A DNA stretch of 61,338 bases, filler included, from Rhizaria sp. SCN 62-66 (taxonomy: Eukaryota): NCBI GenBank assembly GCA_001724265.1. It is 3 parts of 3 records of this genome, joined end to end, with 100 filler letters (N's around TTAATTAATTAA, not from the genome) between each part and the next. Parts side by side here need not be neighbours in the genome. Positions count along the whole stretch, not along the records: positions 41,186 to 61,338 come from MEDY01000458.1; 2 more parts are not named here. One strand, written 5' to 3'. Every line of letters starts with the position of its first letter. Positions within the stretch are counted from its first letter, which is position 1. The notes beneath the pieces were generated by a model. That model saw only the letters and a list, made by a program, of their open reading frames with translations, made no database searches and was not told the DNA's origin. The position numbers and the translations under genes were made by a program. Below are positions 46,464-59,300 of this stretch, in pieces.

Positions 46464-49227
46464 ATGAGCACTGACTTCCTTGAAATCTCCGTCTCTGCCA
46501 GGTACGCCCTCATCTGCACCCCGCTATCTGTTCACCTCTTCACTTAAAACCAACCAACTATGTGATTTGCTCTCTTCCTGACTCTAACTCTCTCTATGAA
46601 CTCTATTCACTCTTGCATTTTGCTCACATAGGCACCTGCCGTGCTCCGACTGGTCCACGCTGCCAAACCCCGTGGTGTACCTCTACTACCAGCCCGCCGA
46701 CCGCTCGAAGCCCCGCATCTTCGTCGACCGCACAGAGTTCCTCTCGTACGTCTCATCACATTGCTCCATGGATATAACGTAAGATGTCACAAAACTATCA
46801 CTCAAACATGGAAGCCTGACTAATTAACTTTTGTGTTGCTACTTTCGCGAACTCTCGTCATATCTCTCAAATCCTACATGTTCAAAACTCTTTGTCCTTC
46901 CCACAGCGAGACCACCGACGGCGTATTCAACCACAAGCTCCTTTTCCCGCTTCCCCCGGCCTCGGCCGCGCTGCCCGCGACCGGCGGCGAGTGTCTCTTT
47001 GCCATCTACGATGCGGCCGCGCCCCTGTTACGCCCGCTCGCGGCTTCCGTCGCGGACCTGAGCCTGCTGGCGTCGTCGCTGCCCACCCCACTGGCCGCCC
47101 TCTCGGACGCGCGGTTCCAGTCGCAGCCGCTCTCACTGCCGCTCTCGCTTTCCAACACCAACGCCAACGCCAACGCCAACGCCAACGCCAGCTCTTACTC
47201 CAGCGGTAAGACCGGCAAAAACAAGAGCAAGGCAAGCAGCGCGAATGACAGCGCCAGCATGGTCGTCACGAGCCCCGAGCTGGTGCTGCGGGTGCGCACG
47301 GCCCACGGTCCCTCGCTCGCGCTCAGCGGCGGCCTGACTTTTGGCGCTGCGGCGCTGCGGCTGCCACAGTCGCTTTTCCCCCTCGCGCTTGTCAGCTCCA
47401 GCAACAGCAATAGCGGCAGCAACAGCAATGGTTTGAGTGCCAGTGCCAGTGTGAGCAGTGCTGTCACAGCCGTTACCGCTGCGCCCCCGTTGACGCTCAC
47501 AGTCACCGTGAAGGAGGCTACTGCCCCGCTCGTCTCTGCGTTGGCCGCCGTCGCCCCTGCCGCCACGGCCGTGCCAGTCGCCAACAACAGCAACAGCAAC
47601 AGCAGCAGCAGCAGCAGCAGCTCAAGCATTGGGAGTAATAGTAGCACTGTCAGCGGTGTTGCGTGGTTGCAGCCCCTCAGTCTGTCCGAGGGCGTCCTGA
47701 CCCCGGACGCCACCGTCACTTTTACTGTCACGACCACGCTCCCGTCACCCACAAACAGCAGCAACAACAACAGCAGTAACTCGAGCTCGCCGTCCAACAG
47801 CAGCAGCAAAGCGGCGGCGGCGGCAGTCGCGACGGCTGCGGCGGCCGTGACTGCCGCGGCGGGCGGCGTTGTCGTTGCGGAGGCGAGCATTAACGCGTCG
47901 GAGCTCCTTGCACTCACACATAACAACAGCAGCGCGCGCGTTGACAGCGCCAAGAGCGGTGGCAGCAGCAGCAACAACAATAACAACAACAGCAGTGCGA
48001 GTGATATGAGTCAGACTGGGACATTGTTGATTCCGTTCGCCAACATGCCAGGCTCTGGCGCACATTTGATGCTTTGTACGCGCGCTTGGGCCGGCATTCA
48101 CTGGGACAAAGCGCTGCAGCTACCGTACGTTTTACCACTTCTCTCACAACCTCAGCTTGAAGAGGACTTAAACTGTGTGTATCTCGATTGTATCTTCATA
48201 TCAAACAAGATACTCAGAATTTATGTAACTAGCAAATTCTAACACATTTATCTCTTGTCTTTATTATTAAACACGTTTCCTTTGCGCGTATATCTCCCAA
48301 AACAGGCACTCGTCCCCGCCGACGTTGTCCTCGATCCGCGCCCTCTCGTGGGCGCGCGCTACGGCCGCCTCGCTGGCTGCCGCGCGCGCGCTCCTACGCC
48401 GCGAGCTCGGCCTTGCCGCCTTCCTCTCTTCCGCCTCCTCACCGACCGGCGCGGCCCCCGTCTCGGCGCTGGCACAGGCCGGGGCTGTGGCGGCCGCCGT
48501 GGTGGCCGAGGCTGACCCCGCGACCGCGGGCTCGGCCGCGGAGGCACTCGCTCAGGCCTGGTTCCTGCCCTCCGCAGCCCCCGCGGCGGCGGCGGACGCG
48601 GTGACGGCGGGCGCAGCAGAGGCGGACGCGGCGCGTGGCCCCCTGTCCCCGTTTGCAGTCTCTCGGGGCTGGGCGGCCTCGCTGCCGCTCGCGCCTGACG
48701 CGCAGGCCGACTCGCCCCTCGCGCTCACCGCGCTCGCGCACACGGCGCTGCGCACGGAGATCGCGGCGGCGGCGGCCGCTGCCCGTAACATCAGCGGCAA
48801 CAGTGCTAGTAGCAGTAGTGAGATGAAGGCGATTGCGCAGTCGATCCTGGCGGCGGCCGACGAGAACAGCGGTGCCGGCGGCGAGGACGACGCGTACGAC
48901 ATCGAGAGCGACATGCTCACGATGACGCCCGTGCCACTGCTCACCTCCGCGCTCGCCGCGGGCACCGCGGTGCTCACGCACCTGCTGCCGCAAACTACTA
49001 GCAAACCCGCTGCTCCGCCGACCTCTGTTGCCGTTGCTGGCGCGCTCTCTGGCGTGCTCTCTGGCTCGCGCCCTGGCGGCGCGGCGTGCGGCGAGTACAG
49101 CGAAATCCACGCCACGGCCACGGCGCTGGCGCGGCTGCTGGACCAGGCGGGCCCGCGCGCCGACGCGCTCTCCGAGAGCTGCCCCCAGGCCCTCGCTATC
49201 CTCGACCGCGGTGAGCAACACCATCAC

Positions 49228-49262
<35 letters not shown>

Positions 49263-51123
49263 CAATGGCAGCGGCGACGACCCGGTTGCGGCGGCCGTTG
49301 CACGGTTGGTGGGTGCGTGCCGCGCCGCTGCAGGCTGCTTAGACCTCGCACACGGGTACTTAGATCGCGTCGCCTTTGTCGAGACTAAGGTACTGCGCGC
49401 GCTCGGCCAGCGGTCGCTGCCGGCGCTGGCGGCGTCGCTCGCGCTCGCTGCCGCCCCCTTTAGCACGAACAACACAACGAGCACGAGTGCCAGCGCTGGC
49501 GCGAGCGCGAGTGGTGCGAGTGGAGCTGTGAGCGGAGTGACTGTGAGCTGCGGTGTGCGCACCAGCATCATCGAGCGGGCTGAGCGCGTGTACTTACAGT
49601 TTGTAAGGGCTTCTACCAAGGCTCTCACGCCTATCAACAGCAGCAACAACGTTTGCGCTCACATTCAGAATAGCCCCACTGCTGCTGCTGCTGCTGTTAG
49701 TTCTAGCTCGAGTGTCAGCAGTGTCAAGAGTTTGAGCGCGGTTGTGGATGCGGCTAAACTCAAGGTCGCGCTGCTCAGCCAGGCTGCGCTGCTCAACAGC
49801 AACAGCAACAGCAGCAGCACTCGTAATGGCGCGAGTGCTGGCTCGAGCTTCTCTAAATACTCCAGCACCAGTGGCACAGTGAGTTTGGGCGGCGTTGGCG
49901 CGGCCACAAACAACACCCCTGCGGTCACCGCTGCTGCTGCTGCCGCTGCTGTTGTCGCCGCTGCGAACGCGAGCGCTAGCGCCAGTGGCAAGCGTGCTTT
50001 GAAGGGTGATGCTGTGTCCGCTGATGCGTCATCGGCGAAATGCTCAGCTAAGCAGGTTGTTGCGAACTTGTTCTTGCTCATCACATCGCTCGCGCTCGCG
50101 ATGTTCTCCCTGCAAGCCCTGGCGACGACAACGGGCAACGCCCCATCCATTTCCCTGAGCTGGTCCTCGCTTTTCACTTCGGTGACCAGCAGCAACAACG
50201 GCAGCAACGGCGGCGTCACTTCGTTTGTCGACAGCTTGACTTCGGTCCGCATTTCTGACTCCGCATTGTCGAGCCCCTTAGTCCTGCCCCTTACACTTCT
50301 GCTGGTGCTCGCGCCCGTCGCCATCCGCTCACTCTTCAGCCTCTTCACCTCGTGCTGCTGCGGTTTTAGGGCGCGCGCGGGCTGCCCCGGCGTCATCGTC
50401 TCCGCTGTCAGCGTGTTGATCGCTCTGGTCGACGCCCTGTTCACGCCTCTCGTGTTGCTCGTGCCCTTCACGCTGGCGCGCCGCTTCTCCCCCACCACCG
50501 CTGCCGCTGCGGCCGCTGCCGCCACATCTGTGCAGGGCAGTCACTTACACTACTACGGAAGCACCAGCGCCAGCTCCCTTTACGACTACACCAACTCGGC
50601 CGCGGCAGCCTCCGCCCCCGGCGCCAGCGCCGTCGTCGCCGCCGCGGTGTCCGCGCTGTCGGCCGCGGCCCCTGGCGCCGTGCCCACCCCCGTCTCAGCC
50701 TTCACTGTGACCACAAGCAACACGGCCGCGCTACTGCTCGCGCCCGCGGAGCTCGTGCTGCTGCCAGTTGCCGCGCTCGCGCTCGCCGCCGCGCTCGCCG
50801 TCCTCTGCGGCGGCGGCGGCAAGTCGGGCAAGGGTAGGCTGGCGGCCGTGAGCAGCAGCAGCGGCCGCGGCGGCGCGGTGGCGGTGAGCCTGGCGCTGGC
50901 GTCCGCGCTCACGGTCGCCGTGACTGGCGCGCAGTGGGCCAAGACCGGGCTCGCGGGCCCGCTGCTGGCCGCGGCGGCGAGTTCGCTGGCCTGGGTCGCC
51001 ACCGCGGGCGCCCGCGGCTCGGGCGTCAACTACAACGGCGTCGTGGTTGTGCTCGTCGCCGTCGCGGGGCTGCTCGCGCACGCGCGGCTGCAGGCCAACG
51101 AGCTCATTCCCGTATTCCACTAA
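46464..51123 (+). CDS. Copine-type C2-domain protein with C-terminal multi-pass hydrophobic segments, ~1395 aa
   Basis: Exons 46464-46501, 46632-46745, 46907-48124, 48306-51123 (TAA) splice in frame to 'FLEISVSARHLPCSDWSTLPNPVVYLYYQ...FVDRTEFLSETTDGVFNHKLLF...CLFAIYD', which resembles copine C2A. Several Leu/Val/Ala stretches lie after ~50050. Confidence 0.6.
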
Positions 51124-51513
51124 GCGAGAGACGCACGCATGGGATGTCTTTGTGACGTCTGAAGATTTTTGGTATTATAATATATTCGATTTGGTTTTGT
51201 TTTGGTTTGTTTATGGGTTAAAATCAACGGTCGTTATGTTGATCGCCGCGTCAATGATGATTTGTACTAGTATTTGGATACTTACACGTTATAAACACAA
51301 TTATTCGTTATAGATTCTTTCACACGGTCTCAATATCACATATCTTTTTCATTAATATTCTATCTGCGTGATATACGCCCGGATGTCGTAACGGCACTCA
51401 CGGTATGTCGGTTAGTTGGTGGCGGAAGTCTCTGGAGTGAGGAGAACGGAATTACATCGAGCTGGTGTCATCCTTCCGTCAACACCGGTTTTGGTACTAT
51501 TCACAGAAACAAA

Positions 51514-53060
51514 ATGTCGACTGTTTACGACGCACATTTAAAGAAGCTCCTTGATGGTACGTTTTCCTTCTCAATCCTTCATTGCCGCAGGTCTGTCAAC
51601 CCCCACCACTTCGGCTCACTCTTCACTCCCGCTTCCCTTCTCTCCTGCTTCACCAACCACAGCGCACACCGCGAAGCTCGGCAAGGCCGGCGAGATGCGT
51701 CTTGTTGACACCCTCTTTGGCTTTCTGCGCCGCCACACCTCCGTGATGTCCTCTGTGGAGAGCATCAACGAGATCAATCAGATCGCCCAGAAGCACGCCG
51801 ACCTCGCCCTCAACGAGGTCCGCCTCAACGTCGAAAGCGGCAAGGACGCCAGCACCGGCACCCCCGCCAACGCCGCTGCCCCCGCCGCGTCCGCCGCGTC
51901 GCCCAAGCCCGTCACTGCTTCCCCCGCCGCTGCTGCCAAGGCCGCCGCCTCCGCCGCGGCCGCCGCCTCCGCCGCCGCCGCCAAGACTGCGTTCGCTGCC
52001 ATGGACACCGTCCAGGCCGACGCCGCCGCCGCGGCCAAGGCGGCCTCCGCCAAGGAGCTTGCCGACGCCGCGGCCGCGCGCCCGTCGCACCTGGCGGCGC
52101 CCAGCAGCGGCAACGGCGGCTCCGGCCCCGGCTACACCTGGACCCAGTCCCTGCTCGAGGTACGCAAACATACAATATCGCGATTATATCCACCAGGTGA
52201 TCGATTATATCTGTTGAATTCTATTATGTCGTTTTATATCTTTTATTTTTATGCACCGCTTTATTCAGTTTGATATTTGATTCTTGTCCTCTCCAACGAA
52301 ACATGATTTCTAACCATATTTTTGACTCGCGTTGTTGTTCGTTCGCTACTGCGACTGCCTCCAGACCACGATCACGATTCCGATCGCTGCGAGCGTCCGC
52401 GCCAAGGACTGCGAGGTCATCTACACCCCCGGCACATCTGTTCCCAGCAACACCAAGTCCCCCGCCGCCGGCGGCGACGGCGCTGGCGGCACCGCCAGCG
52501 GGGGCGCTGAGGACGACGACGCCGACGCCGGCCACCTGCTGGTCAAGATCTGCGACGAGGTGTATATCGACGCCGCGCTCACGCACTGCATCATCAGCGA
52601 CGACTTCACCTGGACCATCGAGACCGACAGCTCCGCACCTACGGGCACCGCTGCGGGCGCTGTGAATTCGGGCAAGGTGCTGAGCATCTTCCTGCCGAAG
52701 CGCAAGCAGCTCTCGTGGTGGTCGGCCGCGCTCAAGACCCACCCGCGCGTCAACACGGCCGAGATCAGCCCCGAGAACGCGAAGCTGAACGACCTGGACA
52801 AACACACACGCGCCATGGTGGAGAAGATGATGTACGAGCAGCGCCTCAAGGCGATCCAGAGCAAGGCGCCGCCGCCCGCCGTGGTGGGGTCTGACCACTA
52901 CCAGCTCATGAAGGAGCAGCAGCAACAAAGCCAGGCTGCGTTGGCCGCGGGCAGTCAGGCCGGGGCGCCGAAGGGGATGACAGAGGAGCAGCAGAAGGCG
53001 TTTGCCGAGTTCCAGAAGTTGCATCCGGAGATGGACTTCAGCCAGGCCAAGTTCATGTGA
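51514..53060 (+). CDS. NUDC: NudC-family co-chaperone (p23/CS domain), ~411 aa
   Basis: Exons 51514-51556, 51663-52159, 52365-53060 (TGA). 'LFGFLRRHT', 'GNGGSGPGYTWTQSLLE', 'ISPENAKLNDLDKHTRAMVEKMMYEQRLK', 'FQKLHPEMDFSQAKF'. Confidence 0.93.
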
Positions 53061-54000
53061 GGAGGACGCCATTCACGCATAAGTATGACATGGTAGTTTG
53101 AGTCTTTGTTTTTTTGTGTTGGTTTACCGGGTCAGCTTGCTCGACCAATGAGTAAATATACAGTATCATTTTGAAGCACATTTTTGTGTGTTTTTATTCA
53201 GGATGTTTTTATTCATTTGTATACAGCAGTAAATGTCATTTGTTCAAAGCCTTTCACAGCTTGAGGAAGTTTGCAGCATAAAATAAACTTGTGTGACATG
53301 GAGAGAGGGATGCAATTTTGTTGCTCTAGAAAGGACAATTGACGCCACTTGTCATTTAATCTATGTGTACCAGTGTTGCTGTGGCTTGTATATTATTTGC
53401 AAGACTGCGGTATACTCGTACAATGTATATTTATATGGTTGCCTAGCTCATTTTGTTGATGGCGCAGGTTTCTGGAGTGATTGTACACATACGAGACATC
53501 ATGGCACACAGTCTTCCAATCTGGACACACTACACAAGAAATTCTGACACCATGCCATGTGCACAAAGTCTGCTAGCCAGAATCGTCGTTCATGGTTGGC
53601 TCTTGGACTTGAAGCCTCCATAGAGAGCAAACGCAGATGGCGAGATGTTGTCTTTGTAGCGAATATTTCATTCAGTTATTGCTTCAAACATAAAGCAACC
53701 AGAAGAATGGTAATGCTTAAAAGAAGCAATGACTGGCGTGGATTTGTTACACACACTCTCAATCGGCAGTTGGTCCTCCAGCCGCAAGTTCGACCAAGGG
53801 TCTCATGGTCGGAAGACGAACGAGAAATAGAGAATTGCAAAAAGTCCAACGGCTGGGAGAAGAAGAGCCAAATAGAGAGTGTTTGCAGTGACTCACATAA
53901 TCAGTCACCTCTATTTTTACAAGCTTAAATATTGAAATCACTTTATAGAGTATTTGTGTATCTTTTTTGACTTCGCTTTTCTTGTGTTATCCCTCCTCAG

Positions 54001-56054
54001 ATGGACGTGTCCGTTCGCCTAGCAGTCCCTCCCTCGTCAGGCCTGCTCACCCGGCCTTCACATCTCTTCCCAGCACCCCAGGCATCTCCTCCGGCGTCAT
54101 CATCACACCCTCATGCCCGCTACAAGCGTTCAAATGCGAAGCTTGGCGAAGGCGCGCACGGTGGTGTGTTCCTGGCGACGGTCCAGCTGCCTCCGCCGCC
54201 ACATCCCACGACGGTGGGCTTGCTGGCTGCGACTTCGCTCGCGATCCGCGGCGTGACCACGGCTCCGGCGGAGCTATTACCACCGCTGGCCGTGCTGCCC
54301 ACACGCGAGGAAGCTGAGGAGGCGGCGCGGGTGCTCTACAGCAACAAGCGCGCACGATACGCCAACACCAACAGTGCAAGCGCCAACTCGACCACAAGCT
54401 CTGGTTCTGACTCTTCACGTGCTGCCGTTGGAGCTGGTGTGAGCGAAGGCATGATGTCGCCGCACTTCATGAGCGACGCTGCAACACCCGTTGCTGCTGC
54501 CTCTCCTGTGGAGACGACTGCGAGTGATGTCGTTGTGAAGCTCGAGCAGACCGCCGTCAAACAAGAGCAACTCGTTGACGCCCTTGCTTCCAGTGGGGCC
54601 GAAGTCCGCGTCAAGTCAGAGCTCAGCGCCGCTGACCTGGGCCACAGTGCCGCCCTTGCGAGTGCGAGCGGCGACGGCGCTGGCGACGACGACGACGACT
54701 GGGCGGCCTCGCTGCTGCTCGACCCGACGCCCCTCGCCCTGCCCCCCGCCTACCGCACCACCGCCGCGCTCTACAGGCCCGTCATGAACACTCACAGTAG
54801 CTCTAGCTCTAGCTCCAGCACGAACGCGAGCTCTAGCTCCGACTCCAAGTCTGACGCGGGCGCTGGTCCCAGCGGCGCCCCCGTGGTGCCCGCCGTGCTG
54901 TCGCCGTTTCCCCCCGCGGGCACCGAGGTGGCGATCAAGCGGCTGCGGCTGCGCGACAGCAACTTCGGCTTCAACCTCGAGTCGATGCGCGAGCTCTCGC
55001 TCTTGGCGGAGATTTCGCACCCGAACATTGTGCGCGTGCTTGATATCTACGTCCAGTCGCAGGAGATCTGCATCGTGATGGAGCGCCTCAAGTACACGCT
55101 CACCGAGCTCATCACAAACTCGTCCATCACGCTCGACCTTCCCGCAGTCAAGACGCTCTCGCTGATGGCTATGCGCGGCGTTGCGGCGCTGCACGACAGG
55201 GATATTCTGCACCGCGACCTCAAGCCAGATAACTTTCTCATCGACAACGACAACACGCTCAAGCTGGCCGACTTCGGTGGCGCCAAGGTACGAAATTGCC
55301 ACTGTTATATCATAATGTGTATTTCACATTCAAAGCCGAACTCGTGTGAAAGTATGCTTTTATTTTCAAACACAATCCGTCCAAGTTTAAAAGCCTTACA
55401 CTCATCTTCTCGTTCTTCGCTCCGTCGCACACGTCCACAGCACGTATCTTCGCCAGGCCGCCACCTGAGCCCTGCCGCGTGCACGCTATGGTACCGCGCA
55501 CCCGAGCTGCTCTTTGGCAGCCACTCGTACGGCCCCGCCTCGGACGTCTGGTCCCTTGGCTGCATCATCGCCGAGATGCTGCTGCGCGGCGCGCTGTTCC
55601 CTGGCGTCACCACGGAGCTCTCGCAGCTCACCAAGATCATCACGGTCATGGGCGACGCCAACGAGGGGAACTGGCCCGGCGTGACCTCGCTGCCACACTA
55701 CGTGCCCTTTAAGCCCACGCAGCCCGTGTCGTGGTACGCGCTCTTCCCGCAGGTACGTCACACTCTAGAGCGCCGTGACTTGACGACAACGACACCGGCG
55801 TTTGCAGCTTAGTCCAAGGAGTATTTGACTTTGCTCTGGACATTAAGTGTTTCTCGGACATGTCTGACCAACATTCAACCTTTTGCTTGCTCATTTCTTT
55901 ATAGGCTGGTGAGGCGGCCCGTGACTTGCTGTCTAAGATGCTGGTGCTGTGTCCCGCGCGCCGCATCAGCCTCAAGGACGCAATGAATCACCGCTTTTTC
56001 ACCGAACATCCGCTGCCGATCTCCCAGGACCGTCTTCCCAAGGCTTTTGTGTGA
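54001..56054 (+). CDS. CDK7: Cyclin-dependent kinase, CDK7-like, ~582 aa, with a ~240-aa N-lobe insert
   Basis: Exons 54001-55287, 55441-55752, 55905-56054 (TGA). GEGAHGGV, VAIK, 'GFNLESMRELSLLAEISHPNIV', HRDLKPDN, 'DFGGAKHVSSPGR', 'TLWYRAPELLFGSHSYG'. Confidence 0.75.
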
Positions 56055-56396
56055 GGACTTTTGCCGTCTATTTGCTATTGGCTGACTGTCTTTGACTCGG
56101 ATCATGTTTAATGGTCTAACGAGTGGCCAGAACACACTTGCTGTTTTAGACAGGTATAAGCTGCACAATGAGAAGCAGCGTTACATGTTATTATATACGA
56201 ATCGCCTATGTAGTCTCCAATAAAACTTCTTATATTGATATTTTCACGTACATATGCACAATCAAATTGTATTACAGCACAGATTCTCATTCGATTGGCA
56301 AACAAAACACTGGATTATTGCGATTTTTAGAATACTCCACACACAGGTTCTTCATGTAAAATATATTGTTTCTCTCGTCGCTCACCGCTGTCGGTA

Positions 56397-59300
56397 TTAC
56401 GGCTTCGCCATGGCATTGGCGTGCGCGAGCTGCGCCACGAGCGCCTCGCACTTGCTCCGCAGCGCGTCCTTCTCGCGCCGCTCCGCACCCAGCCGGTCCC
56501 CGCGGCGCGCGAGCTCGCTGGCCAGCGCGGCCTCCTGGCGCTGCCACGCCGTGATGGCGTCGTCGCGGTCCCGTAGCGCCGCCGTGAGAGCGGCCACGCG
56601 CGCCTGCAGCGTCGCAACCAGCACTGTGCCGCCGTTCGGGGTCGTGGCAGGAACGGCGTTGGCGTTCGAGCATGGCACAGCGCGCGTGGTCAAGTCGGCA
56701 GGAGACGCACCAGACGCCGCCATTGAGCTGGCGTTCGCGACGTTGCTGCCGCTGCTCCGATTCACACTTGCATTTGCGCTGCCGTGATTACAGCTCGCAC
56801 GGCTGCTGTTATTGTGGTCGCGGTCGTGGTCGTGGTTGCTACTGGCGTCAGCGTTCATGTGGCCACAGCGGCCGCACTTCATCAGACAAGTGCCGCTCAC
56901 GACAGAGCTCTTAGCACTGCCAGTCACCGACTTAGCAATCGCGTTGCCGCCGTTGCCCGTGTTCGTGCTATTGCTGTAGTGTAGCAGCGCGTCGCGCTCC
57001 GCCTCCGTCACGGCCAGCACGCCCTGCAGCCGCCGCCGCTCGGCGGCCTCGGTCTCCGCCGCCGCCGCCACGGCCGCCGCGCTGGCCTCCGCGGCCGCCG
57101 CGACGCCGCTGGCCTTGGCGGCCTGTGCGGTCAGCAGCGCGACCTCGGCGGCCGCCGCGGACTCGACCTCGAGGGCACGCGCGCGCCAGGCGTGGGCGAG
57201 GGCGATGAGGCCGGCCGGCGACACCAGGCCGGTGACCTGATGTCAACAAATGAGCAAAAAGAACATGATTGAGGTGTTGGAGCGGTGAGTATGTCAATCA
57301 TAATATGATAGTGTGACACGAAACAACAAGAATAATTAGAGCATCGCATTTACAAGTGCAGCTTCATTTCAAATGCGTCACTCCGAAAGTAGATTTGTTT
57401 TCATCGCGTATGAACGTACCACATCGCCGCTCGTCACGCTGTGGCTCGCGCTGGTACTTGCAGCACTGCTGACACGCGAGCTAAAAGCGGCATTGCCCTT
57501 CGCGTTCTTATCACTTGCGACAAAGCTGATCACGCCGCTGACAGCAGGCGGGGCCGGCGGCGGAGCCGTCCCACCCGTGGCACCAGCGCTGCTGGCGCTC
57601 AGAGGGCTGGTGCCCGAGAAGGCGAGTTTCGCCAGCGCCGCGTCCAGCTCCCGCTGCAGCCGCTGCGCCTGCTCCTGCGAGGCCCTACCCACGCGCTCCG
57701 CAGCCGCGGCGCGCACGCCAGCGCCCGCCGCCATCGCCTCGGCCGCGGCCGCGCGCGCAGCCGCCCGCGCCGCGGCCTCAGCCTCCGCGGCGCGCTCCGT
57801 CTCTGCGACGGCCAGCGCGCGCGCGAGGGTCGCGATGTGCTCCTTGGCTGCCGCCACCGCCGCAGCGGCCGCCGCCCCGCGCTCGCGCTCCTGCTCCTGC
57901 GCAGCGTCGCGCGCCGCCAGCGCGGCCCGCAGCCGCTGACTCTCCTGCTCAGCGCGCGCCTTGACGTCCACGGCGGCGTTCGCGGCGCGCGCGGCGGCGC
58001 CGAGGCGGCGCAACAGCGTGCCGATGTCATGCTTGGCGCGCGCGGTGACCGCGGCCGTCTCCTGCTCCGCGCGGGCGAGACGCGTGAGCAGCTGCGACCA
58101 CTCGCGGCCCGCGGCGGCAAAGCGCGCAGTGAGGTCCTGCGCCAGAGCCTCGGCGCGGGCGCGCGCGCGCAGGGAGGACGAGGACAGGGACGTGGCTGAG
58201 GCGAGCGCGAGCCGCAGCGAGGAGGCTTCGCTGCGCAGGGAAGAGTCTTCGGCGCGCAGGGACGACGGCTTGGAATTAATTGCGTCGGGATCTTGCAAGG
58301 CGGGGGCAGATGAGGCTGGAGCGAGGTCCTCTGGGACGCTCGCGCTTTTCTTGGCGAGAGCGCTCGTGCTCGACGGAGACGGAGAGATTGAGCTGGTGTC
58401 AGTCGTCGATTTGCGAGTATCCTCGGTGATATTGGTATTATTCCGGTGGGCAAACTGAGAAGTGGACGGGCTCGCGCTGTTTACATCCAGACCGGCCGTC
58501 ATGTTGCTATCGGTGATAAGCTGCCCTTGCCCGGGCGCTCGCTGCTGCTCCCGGAGCGTTTGCTGCGTGAGCAGGGCGATCAGCTCCTCCGTCGTGGCGT
58601 CGGGGTGCGCCTCGATCAGCGCCGCCACGGCGAGGTCGCTGCTCGCGTTCGTCACCAGACTCGAGTTGGTGTTGTTGCCGGCGGGGGCGCTGCTGCCGCT
58701 AGTGTTCGGCTCTGTGATGAGACTGATGTTAGCGTTTGTGTTGTTGTTGCTGTGCGGCTGCCAGGCAAAGGCAGGAAAGGCAAACGATGTCGCCTTCATC
58801 CCATCACTGCCAACGCTCGTAGCAGAACTCGCAGCAGGAGCCACATCACGCGGCCCGTCTCGCTCTTGTTCTTGCTCTTGACCGTGGCTGTGACTGGTTT
58901 GCGGGTAGTTGCTGTCGTCGGCGGCCGTGAGGACCTGTCTCAGCAGCCGCGCCGCCGCATCCAGCTCCGCCAGCGGCGACGGGCCATGCGCCGCGAGCGC
59001 GCGCAGCGGAGACATCGCCTTGTCGGCGTACGAGAACGCGGCGTCGGCCGGGCTCGGGCTAGCATTCGCGCTCACAGTGGAGGAAGCAGCTGCGCTTGCG
59101 GCGCCATCAAGGCTCGCGTGACTGGAATCGACGTGCTGTTGCTGCTCTTGCTGACGCTTGGGAGGGCTAAGGGGGCTGTTGTGCGGCGGCGTGAGCGGCC
59201 CGAGGTGGGCGTTAGCGTACAAACCGGCGAACCTATTTGAGATGAGTGCAGAGACATCCATGTCGATGTCGTTCTCAGTCGTGTCGCCTGCGCGGCTCGC

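Noticed and set aside
53300-53950. Short ORFs between NudC and CDK7, including a minus-strand frame with an internal TAG
   Set aside because: No coding-type GC bias, homology motif or coherent exon structure; not counted as evidence for UAG recoding.
55288-55440. Stop-free in-frame CDK intron read through by the ORF track
   Set aside because: AT-rich with GTACGA...CAG ends, and its removal restores the DFG-APE activation segment; a normal intron.
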